Source: Paragordius varius
Taxonomy: Eukaryota > Animalia > Nematomorpha
Reading direction: 5' to 3'
Assembly (NCBI GenBank): GCA_964247055.1
Contig: OZ176054.1
Span: 12,896,001-12,960,000 of the forward strand
Length of the DNA stretch: 64,000 nucleotides
Positions 1 to 10,033 of this stretch are shown piece after piece. The notes below the pieces were generated by a model that did no database searches, was not told the origin of the DNA, and was given only the letters and a program-made list of their open reading frames with translations. The number at the start of each line of letters is the position of its first letter. Position 1 is the first letter of the stretch. A program made the translations under genes and the position numbers.

Positions 1-462
1 TCTTAACAATTAGGCTGTCCAAAAAATACTAACGGTTAAAAACTATGTCTGTCACACAAAAAATATTTTTAATATTGTCAACGAGAACGAATATTTTATG
101 TTAAAATAATAATTTGTATTCTCGTAAAATTTATTGAATCAAACTATATCCAAAATTTTCGATACATGAGAGTATCTTTTTCAATGGATTAACTAAAATA
201 AAAGAAAATAATAATAAGATTAATTAAAACAAATTTGAAAAATATAATTATAAATTATGATAACATAAAAAATGCAAAGTGGTGTGCATGTGTTATTGTT
301 TTTTCCTTGGTGTGGTAAATATTTTGAAATAGTCTGTTTCTTTTAGGAAGTCTTTTGTGACTATATTTTTCTTTATTTACGTTTTGTCACTTATATTAAT
401 TTTAAATGTTAATAGAAAGATTAAATTTTTTTTACTATAAGTTCTTAAGTTAAATATTCTAC

Positions 463-815
463 CTTTCATCCTGGTGCAGTCGACTGTACAATTCATATTC
501 CCGTTTTAGTTGTGGGATTTCAGCATTTCCTGCCTCAATCTTTATGGCAGCTAAAGTGTTTGTAGCTATATGGATACAATATCGCAGTTCACCGAACGTA
601 CCCGAACCAATATGCTGAGCTATTTGATATAAATTTGGGTAATTTTTTATGTTGGCGCCGTTTGATTTGGAAAAACGATCAACACCAACTATACGACCCT
701 GTAATTTGTCTTTTCCGCCACCATGGTGAGTTTCGGAGGAATTGATATTAACGCTATTATTGGAATATTTAGCTCCTATGTTGTAATAAGGGTCCTCCGT
801 TTTCCCGGGACTCAT
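463..815 (-). CDS. CSNK1G: Casein kinase 1 gamma-like, copy A, exon 1 only (rest of gene lies left of the window)
   Basis: Translates [11 protein letters not shown]...[13 protein letters not shown]...AAIKIE...[13 protein letters not shown] (Gly-rich loop and catalytic Lys), ending at an AG|GTAGAA donor; same 353-nt exon as copies B, D and E. Confidence 0.85.
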
Positions 816-2762
816 GATTTGAAATATTAATATTTAATTTTATCGATTACACATTAGGGTTCAAGTTAATGAATCTTGTTTGAAGATAATTTCTTTTTTC
901 TAAAAGTTAAAGCCGGTGCCCGAAAAAAAGTTTTTTGCCAAATGAAAAGTAGATTATAATACTAATAAAAATCACACTAATATCAGTTATAGTAAAAAAG
1001 AAATCATTTGACAATAATGCTATGTCGCGGTTTTAACAATCACGTAAATTTGATTTTGTGATTTATTTTTATTATGTACATATTTTTTTATATTTATTTT
1101 GGATTTGATATTTTCATTTATTTTTATTAGCGTATCTTTATATGCATAAAAATTGATCATATAGGTAGACCTTACCCTTCTTATGTATTTATTATCAATA
1201 AATATAAATAGTTACTTTTTCATTTGTGTAATGTATCAAAAAAATAAGTATATATAAAACAATAAATTTTGGGTAATTCGTATTCTTTTGAGAATTATGG
1301 TTTGATCTAAGAGTGATTCTAAAAAATTGGCGATCTTCAATTTAATTTAATGCGTAAATTTATGAATCGATATCAATCCGTCGGAAATTTTAATTTGAAT
1401 GGCGCTTTTAGTTTGGTTACGAGTTATTTAACAGAGTGTATGATTTTTTTCATACCCAAAATTAAAAATCGAAAATTTCACACAAATTATGTTATCCACT
1501 TATTGAAATGGAAGTAGGGAAAATTCGGAAGTACAAACACAAAAGAGCTATGATGGCTGGTATAAGTTTTGTTGTATAATTAAGTAATTTTTTATATTAC
1601 TTTGCCGTGAAAATAATTTAGCAATAAATCAGCTTATAAATTTGGAAATTAAACTCGGCATATATGGGTAGCATGTGAGGAAATTTTACATCATTTACAT
1701 TTTTTCATACACTTTAACCTCGCTAGTGTATATTCGTTTCTATTCTTTACAAAAATAATAAATAATCCCTTTACAATGTGAGTAAGAACAACGAAAAAAG
1801 TGATACTTGCCTAACATATTTATTTTGTGCCTCAAAATGCGAATAAATGAAGTTGAAAAAGAGAGGTGTGGTTTCAAAAAAAATTTTTTTTTAACCTAAT
1901 TTGATTACTAATGTTAATAGGTGAAAAGTAATATAATCAATTTCCGTATAATTATTTTATCACGTACATTACATAATGGTTAAAACCTAAAAGTTGAATC
2001 GAGCATCATAGCGCAAACGGTAAAATATCAAATTATAATTCTAAAAAGTAATATATTTTATATATCCCTGCTTGAGCTAGCCCACATGAAGAAAAAAGGA
2101 ATTTTTAACAAAAATAAAAGGTGTGGATAAATTAAGTTATTAAATGAGAAAATTTCATTCAATATCAAACGACGATTAATTGTTCATCGCCCAATTTAAT
2201 AGGGCTAAATTATTCCAAGGCAGTCCCTATCTAAAAGGTCAAATTATTAGAATATCATTATATTTATGAGCGATCTATATTTACACTCACTTAATAAGTC
2301 CAATTTAATTTGGACAATTAGTACTTAAACCGAGGCCCGTGAGCGGCATACGGCCCTAAAGTGCTTTTTTATGGCCTGAATTTTTGCGCATATATAAAAA
2401 GTCTACAAATATGTCAAGCAGCTATAAAATTTATCGGTAATAATGTACAGTAAGCGGCCTTTGAGACAAGATAAATATTTTTTTCGGCCCTCTATATTAT
2501 TTGGTGATTTTACTGATTTAGAAGTTATCCGATGAAGTATTGTTTATGTGTATATTTTACACAAAAAAATCATCAATCATCATTATATATCCGACTGAAT
2601 ATATCAATTATAGTTGGTAAATTGCTAATCAAGGGATTACATTATTCATTTTTCTATATGGTTAACTTATACTAACTATGACCTTTAACATATTATCCAT
2701 ATGGTTTTTTATATGAAAAAAACTTAAATATAAAACTTTTCTTTAAAATTTTTTATGAGAAA
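816..2762. promoter_or_regulatory. Divergent (head-to-head) CK1/urocanase promoter region; paralogues 13840-15781, 26928-28866, 45119-46915, 59166-60927
   Basis: Start codons point away from each other 1.76-1.95 kb apart; conserved blocks such as aacaatcacgtaaatttgattttgtg in all five copies. Promoter function is inferred. Confidence 0.55.
2330..2495. mobile_element. Degenerate MITE/hAT-like relic in the CK1-urocanase intergenic region (also ~15350-15515 and ~28440-28610; absent upstream of urocanase 4 and 5)
   Basis: GC-rich ggcccgtgagcggcatacggccc ... taagcggcc ... tttcggccc motifs, like the subterminal repeats of hAT MITEs; present in three intergenic copies and missing in two. Confidence 0.45.
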
Positions 2763-4104
2763 ATGGCCGAATATTTAAAATTTATTAGTGCCGGGATTCC
2801 ATTAAATCCTCTTCCTCCTCCATATAATGAAAAATCCATATCAGCTGATATTCTTAGAGCCCCTTTTCGAAACAATGGACTAACAAAACGAGAAAAAACG
2901 GTTAGAATTTTATTTTGGACTAACTTTTGAAACTATTGGAAGAAATTGTTCTAATTTTTGGAGTTTTCAAAAATTTGTTTTATCAATATGAAGTAAATTT
3001 AATTATTTGATTGAAATAGTGTTGAATTTTTTTAAGAAAACAAATACAACATAAAAAGCATTTATTTCAGAATCCTGCCAATAGAACATCTCTTTAAATT
3101 ATATATAGAAATTTAAAAATATTTATGATTTTTGAAATTTTGTCCAAATTTATATCTAATGGTAAAATATTTCTCCTATTTTCCTTAAATAATTTTATTT
3201 TTTTGCCATGACACATGAATATAATGTTAATTTGCATAAATCTACTGCTAGCATTTATAATTCCGATTCCAGAGAATTTTCAACGGACAGAATTTAGTTT
3301 GTTAAATGATTGTGGGTCATTTTTTATTTTACAATAAAACAAATAAAATTAATACAATGCGCTGAAGCAATATAATTTAGTCATAATGAATATTAATTGT
3401 GATAGATAACGTAAACATATATATTGCTAATCTGGAGATACAATTTGTGCTATTAATTTTTTTAAATAAGCTTCTGTTTGTGTATAAACTAACGGCAAAC
3501 ACTCAAAAGCATTAAATTTTTAATTTTTTATATCCTTGTTGTTAATAAATTATGTGGGCCACGTATGAAAGTTTAATTTTGCTGACCCTTGATTCGGTTA
3601 TTGTGACTTATTTCCTACCCCTAAAATAATAATTTATGCATTTACTAAAAATATCGGATATACCCGATTCAAAATTACAATAAAATAATATGCACCAAAT
3701 ATCCTTAAATGCTGTTTGTTAATATTTTTTAATGGAAAAATTCAAGAAGAGGTTTTTTTCATTTTTAAATCAATTCGGCCTTGAATATAGCGCGCGCCAG
3801 AGGCATTTTTCCCCTAACAATTTATTTTCTCAACTGTCCACCACTTCGATTATTATATCTTTGTATTTTTTTACTAGCTGGCAGTAAAAAATGTTCTACG
3901 ATATTTTCCCGTTTCTTTCCATGCGACGCTTGCCCCCGAATTTATGGAAGAACTTGAAAACAGAGGCCATATATACGCTTATCGATTTAAACCTCAGATT
4001 AGAATGAAGTTTCATATATCATTCCTTATATCCTTTAAACAATTTAGATTTTATTATCTAATTATGAATTTCTTAATAGAATTTAGTAAAAAATTCAAAA
4101 ATTA

Positions 4105-4390
4105 CAGTAAAAATTTAAATTATACGGACAAAACGTAAAAATTAAAGACAATTTTTTTTCTTCAAGACAACCATACTTTTTAATATCTTAATTTTTCCTA
4201 TATAAGTTACTTAGTTACTTGTAAAATATAGAATTGATTGTGTAGTATTATATATCTCTATTTCAAACTTTGCCATTTAAAGCAATGAGTTATATTGAAA
4301 TAAATCAAGATTTAAAAAGTATGGTTGTCTTTTGTGGAAAAAAATATTTGTCTTTAATTTTTACGTTTCGTCCGTATAATTTCAATTCTT
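4105..4390. mobile_element. Tc1/mariner-type MITE (CAGTAAAAATT family) in urocanase 1 intron 2; orthologues at 16460-16750, 31473-31743, ~48235-48515 and ~62230-62490
   Basis: ~290 bp foldback with ~90 bp inverted ends (cagtaaaaattgaaattatacggacaaaacgtaaaaatataaagac...) flanked by TA in the intact copies. Confidence 0.8.
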
Positions 4391-4859
4391 TAATATATTT
4401 GATAGAGCTTATTCCATTCAAGAATACCCAGGAAAATTGTTAGAATGCAAAGCAATAATGGCAATGATAATGAACAATTTGGATCCTGATGTGGCTCAGT
4501 TCCCTGAAGAGTTAGTCACCTATGGGTCCAATGGTCAAGTTTTCAGTAATTGGATTCAAGTATTTGAACAGTTTCTGAAAATATTTTTCAACTATTTTCT
4601 ACCGCATTTTGCAATTTTAAGCACACCATATTTATCAAACATACTGTGTATTCTACTAATTATGAATAAATTTTTTGTTGGTTATAATGTAGGCATCCAT
4701 GAAAGTAAAAATAACCACAATAAATGCAGAAATTATTGTTTTTCTCAATTATTTTAAAATCATAATTTATAAAAAAGGATGAATCATTCATATTTAAAAC
4801 TATCAACAAATTGTTTTTTTTTCGATTATCCATACACTATGAAAAAATCCGTAAATATA

Positions 4860-5180
4860 CCATTTACAATTCAAATTCACCCTCGAACAATTCAAATTCA
4901 CCCTCAAATAAAATATATGTTTTTTAAGATTAAAAATTACCTATATTTTATATATTTTTAAAAAATAAAAATTTTGTTTTAAATTAAAATAATACTAAAA
5001 AAATAATAAACTATACCATAAACATATATTTCATATTAATAATATAACAGTTCGAAAACACATAATTTATTTTTAGGGTATTTGAATTGTTTAAGGGTGA
5101 ATTTGAATTGTTCAAGGGTGAATTTAAATTAGTCGAGGGTGAATTTGAATTGTTCAAATGTGAATTTGAACTGTAAATGG
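4860..5180. mobile_element. MITE with 21-bp subterminal tandem repeats, unique to urocanase 1 intron 3
   Basis: TA|ccatttacaattcaaattcacc ... gtgaatttgaactgtaaatgg|TA inverted ends; ~2 copies of aattcaaattcaccctcgaac on the left and ~4 inverted copies on the right; absent from the paralogous introns. Confidence 0.75.
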
Positions 5181-5201
5181 TATAATATACAGATGATATT
5201 A

Positions 5202-5488
5202 CAGTAAAAATTGAAATTATACGAACAAACTGTAATAAAGACAATTTTTTTTCAAAAGACAACATACTTTTTCAAGTCTTAATTTATCCTATAATAAACA
5301 TTTGACTACAATCGTAAAATACATAATTGATTGTGTTATTAATTGACATTCTATTTTATAGTTTGTAGTTTAATACATGAGTTATATTTAAAAAAATCAA
5401 GATTTAAAGTATAGTTGGCTTTTTGATAAAAAAATATTTGTCTTTATATTTTCAAGTTTTATCCATAGTATAAATTCCATTTTTACTG
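5202..5488. mobile_element. CAGTAAAAATT-family MITE in urocanase 1 intron 3 (orthologues in copies 2-4)
   Basis: TA-flanked inverted ends cagtaaaaattgaaattatacg...catttttactg. Confidence 0.75.
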
Positions 5489-8403
5489 TATATACAAATC
5501 CTAAATTTTATTTTTTCCACAGTTTTTATTAACCATGAAATATTTGTGTGAAATGGAGAATTATCAAACCTCAGTGTTATGTTCCGGACATCCGCACGGT
5601 TTATTCCCAAACATTTGGAATTATGGCACATGTGAAAAAACGGGGAAATTAGGTAATAAACTCTTTTATAAAATTGACAAAAAATTTATTTTTTTGATCA
5701 TTTGAGAATTGTTGCATACGTACTATTTTTAAACTCACCATATGTTAAAGAAATACAGCCAAGTTATCCGCGTTTGATTATTACAAACGGCCTAGTTTTA
5801 CCAACATCCTTAACATCTCAGGAATCAGAAAAGCAGCTTGATAGAGCCTTCGTTTCAGATTACGAGCGATTATTTGGTTTGAATGTTAGCCAATATGGAC
5901 AAATGACAGCAGGGAGTTTTTGTTACATTGGACCCCAGGGTATAGTCCATGGCACAACTCTAACTTTGCTTAATATAGCTCGAGCAAATTTTGGTGTTCA
6001 GAATGTGACTGATATGGTGGGTAAGGTAACACATAATACTACAATATGGATACCTTTAAATATCTGTTAAGTGTGAATTGGAACTGGAATTATTTTGGGG
6101 GTGTTTAAGAGAAATATTTTACAAACGGTCCTAAAATAAAAAGGTTTTTTGAATTTTTATCATTAAATTTTTTAAGCTTACTATTAATATTCTTTTACTT
6201 TATTCTAATAGCAAGAGTATATTGTTGTAGATAATATAGAGAAGAATATATTTTGGCTTAAATTATATTTTTATGGCTATTTATTCAGATTCCTATCAAA
6301 AAAGTTGAGACATTAGCGATTTTAAATTTTAAAAATTAAAACCAGTTATACCAATCAAAAATTTATTTAGCCGAAGGGACAAATTTAATTAAAACTATAG
6401 CCAAAACAGGCTTCAGAATCCCTTTAAATTTTCCAATGTATTGCATAAAAATGAAATAGCTTTTTTTTTAAAAAAAATCTTTAGGTATTTGTATCAAGCG
6501 GATTGGGTGGAATGAGTGGTTCACAAGCTAAAGCTTGCAAAATTTTGTCATGTTTTGGCCTTATTGCTGAAGTAAAATTTATTGCCCCTTAAAAATATAT
6601 ATATTTATATATCATGATAAGTAAACTTAACAAAATTTTAGTCATTTAGTAGATGTTGTATGACTCTTGAGGTAAAATTTATTTTAACAACAATATTCAT
6701 TGAGATAAATAGTGTGACAGCGCAAAAAAGATTGAATCAATGATGGTTGGATGAAGTTAGCGATGACCTGAATTTCTGTATTAACCAAATACGACAATAT
6801 AAACGGGATCTTATTAACAAATCTATAGCATACTGTGGAAACATTGTGGATCTCTGGTAAAAATGGGACAAATTTACACTTTATGTACTATACTTAGATG
6901 CTTACTTACTCGTTTGTTTAGTTAAAAAATCATTTTTATTGGCAGAAATATGTGAGAAAACCGGTGATAAATTGGTCGATTTTGGTTCTGACCAAACCTC
7001 TTTTCATAATCCCTACAATGGTGGATACTATCTGGTCGGTTATAGCTGGGATGATGCAAATCGATTATTAGCGAGAAATCCAGACCACTTTAAGCGGGAA
7101 GTTTGTCAAAGTTTGATACAGCAAGTCACGCATATCAATAGGTTTTTTCGTAATCATTATCTAATTTGAAAATTTTATCAAACCAAGTTTATTTTTTCTA
7201 TTAGATTGACAGAAATGACTGGGTTAGTATTTTTTGATTATGGCAATGCTTTTTTGATTGAAGCTGCAAAAGCCGGAGCATCAATTTACAAAAATAGCGA
7301 TATAGCATGCAATAATTTGGGAGAAATAAATCAAATTGGCGATTCAGTTGAACGGATATATAGATACCCATCCTATGTGGATAATGGGCGAAATTTTTGC
7401 ATTTGGGTTTGGGCCTTTTCGTTGGGTATGTATGAGCCAGGATCCGAAAGATCTTTCATATACCGATATACTTGCGCTTTCCATCCTTAGGGAGATTGCG
7501 ACTGAACTAGATTCTAAAATACTTCAGTGCCAACAAAAACAAGAGCAGAGTCGCAACAAAATTGAACTTTATGCCCGAATAAAATCTTACTATGTCGATA
7601 ATTGCTTTTGGATGGAACACATCATTTCTCAACCTGGTGTGGGATACCTCACAGGATCTCTGGCCCGGATCCTGTATTCAGACGTTCAAGGGCGAATACG
7701 ATTGGCTTGTGCCTTCAATCAGGCCATCGCAGATGGGCACATAACGCAACCGATTGTGTGTAGTCGAGAGCATCATGACGTTTCGGGGGCTGATAGCCCT
7801 TGGCGAGAAACAGCTAACGTTCGAGACGGTTCCAACATGTGCATAGACATGTCCATTCAAAATGTCTTGGGAAACGCGGCCAGAGGAGCAACTTGGGTAG
7901 CCCTTCACAATGGCGGAGGGGTTGGTTGGAACCGTGCAAGCAATAATGGATTAGGTCTTGTGCTAGATGGACAACCGGAGACCGAACAACGCATAAAGAA
8001 TGTTATGATGTGGGATGTATTGAATGGTATGGTACGGAGATGTTGGTCTAATGCTTATAATTATAGCCACGATGAAATTAATTCTCTCTTTGGAAAACGT
8101 GGGACATCCTTCCCCTTAAATGAGGGAACGACGTATTACAATGATTTTATAAAGAGTTATTTGCAAGAACTTTAAACAGATATCAAGGGCCTAAAAATAA
8201 CTTTACCTTTTGGTGAATATATTAGATGAAACATTCAAAAAGATATATGTCTATTTATTTGTTACAATATATATATATATATATAGTAATAATTAATTGC
8301 CATATTATTATAAATACTTTGATGTCATCTATGTGTGTTTAAATAATTGACTATAGTTTTTATACTTTTTGCCAAAACAATCACAGATACCTCCTTAACA
8401 AGA

Positions 8404-9390
8404 TTATGTTTTATTGTCGAAATGACAATTGTCATATTTGGAATTTTGGCGTGCGACATATTTTTCGAATTGGAGTTTCCAATCAACCATATATTTTGTT
8501 TTCCAGTCATTGAAGTGTACTTTCCATTGGATTTCTAGATCACTAAGATCTTCTATTAGCAAAAATATAAAACATATTGTCTAAAAATATCAAACGAATT
8601 GGTTAATCTAATCTGGTTTTATAAAAATATCAACTTACGTGTAGCTAAAGCAAGATCGGGCATGAATTCATTCCAAAATGCGCACTCTTTAATACGCGGA
8701 CCTCGGCCAATGTCAAATGCATCCATTGCAATATTCAAATATTCTCTATTATGGGCAGTGTGGATGGGCCATTGTATATCGGACCAGGTCCCATCATCAT
8801 TTATGTTTAGATTTCTATTTTTTACAGAAAAAAAGAAGGATAATTGAAATTTTTTTCGTTAGTGGTCACATTGTCAAAATATTAATTTACCCAGTTTTAG
8901 CAAAATTGGTCCAGAATCGCATCATGAGCCAGCTTAGTTCAATTTCTTTGGGTTTATATCCCTTTGCAGGATCCAGCGGTTCCCCAAATATATAATTGAT
9001 TTCATCAGCATGCATGACGCCCATCCAAGAGGGCCAGGGGTGAGTCGATGATCGGTGAGTATAATAGTATTTGAACACATTTGTCCCAGATTGGGTGTAG
9101 ATGAAGGCGCCCATATTGACCCCACAGGTAAAGTAATAATCACCGACATTTTTGTCGAATGCATCCAACATTTTCTTGGGGTACGAGGGATCCTCCCAAT
9201 GCGTATACTCATAAAGTTGGCTTTACGACCAATTTGATTGAATTGCGGAAATAATTCGGGTAAGGCTATAGCAAAAGCGTGTCGATCAACGGTAACCGCC
9301 TTTTCTAACGGGATAAAAAGATTGGTTAGCTGATAAATGTTAAAATATGTGCCCTCGTCGAAATTTTTATATGGGTCTCCGCAACTCAGA
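8404..9390 (-). pseudogene. ace: Acetylcholinesterase 3' remnant, copy 1 (ace-1-like core plus WAT/T-peptide exon)
   Basis: Exons ~9390-8891 (NFDEGTYF...GDYYFTC...[17 protein letters not shown]...FWTNFAKTG), 8814-8639 (WPIHT...GPRIKECAFW) and 8552-8404 (DLSDLEIQWKVHFNDWKTKYMVDWKLQFEKY...C). GT-AG introns. 1-nt frameshift near 9215. No N-terminal half or GESAG Ser motif upstream. Confidence 0.9.
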
Positions 9391-10033
9391 GATTTTAAGT
9401 TAAAATTAAATCTTATATTTCATAAAGTAATTTTTATATCATATAAAGCGTTAATATTCCTTGTCCGTATTTGAGAATCATAAATTAGAATTAAGTAAGA
9501 ATACAAATGTTTTTTTATTTATCTAATAATATCTATATATGATAACACAAAGGAACATCTATATTAAAATAAATTCAATCTCTGTAATATTCGATAATTA
9601 ATTTTAACAAAAAAAAAGATTTATATAGCAATACAATAAAAAAATTTTGGCAATTATTATTGTGGTGCACATTTCTTATTTATGTGGGCACAACATTACA
9701 TATGCGCTCAGGAATTATATTTTTTGTATTGTTTGTCAAATATGGCACGTGTGGGTCTTTTTAAAGCAATTTACCTTACCTGTACATTTTTTAATGAGAC
9801 TTTTGGATTAAAATATTATTGATTATCAATTTTAAAAGTCATTGAGTTATCAATAATTATAAAATCAAATTATATCTATACATTGTTTTTAGACACCTGT
9901 TTCAATACAAAATGAGTTTATTTGGTGTTAAAAGTATAATGTAAATGTTTCAAAATCAAGATTTTTTTTTAACAATAATTTTATTTATTTCAAATTACAT
10001 CACAGAATAGAGGACATTAAATGGGACCATAAT

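Larger units (their letters stand above)
2763..8217 (+). pseudogene. UROC1: Urocanate hydratase copy 1, pseudogene (9 exons)
   Basis: Exons 2763-2900, 3878-4008, 4406-4559, 5523-5652, 5751-6025, 6485-6571, 6705-6856, ~6939-7141, 7205-~8217. Motifs MIMNNLDPDVAQFPEELVTYG, YGQMTAGSFCYIGPQGIVHGT, GLGGMSG, DQTS-HN, FDYGNAF, HHDVSGADSP-RET, WVALHNGGGVG match animal urocanase. Lesions: exon 7 acceptor TAG>GAG, GGA>TGA at 6741-6743, 8-nt deletion of the exon 8 acceptor, 5-nt frameshift near 7380, CAA>TAA at 8173-8175. Confidence 0.92.

Noticed and set aside
4860-5180. CRISPR-like 21-bp repeat array
   Set aside because: Repeats are contiguous without unique spacers, occur in inverted orientation at two ends of a TA-flanked element, and no cas genes are present.
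5011-5265. Low-complexity ORFs in introns (e.g. 5011-5265, 12627-12848, 29766-30821, 47154-47476, 50241-50426)
   Set aside because: Translations of MITE, Helitron or AT-rich intron sequence, rich in F, I, K, N and Y.
7678-7908. Small antisense or alternate-frame ORFs over urocanase, AChE, CK1 and pol (e.g. 7678-7908, 8599-8847, 11702-11968, 34697-34924, 36059-36286)
   Set aside because: Shadows of real coding strands with no recognisable domains; recurrence is explained by the duplication.
2763-8217. Bacterial hut operon or horizontally acquired urocanase
   Set aside because: The gene has GT-AG introns and follows the long animal-type sequence; no prokaryotic operon context.
8404-9390. Insecticide-resistance-type ace-1 gene amplification
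   Set aside because: Every amplified AChE copy lacks the N-terminal half and catalytic serine, so it cannot add enzyme dosage.
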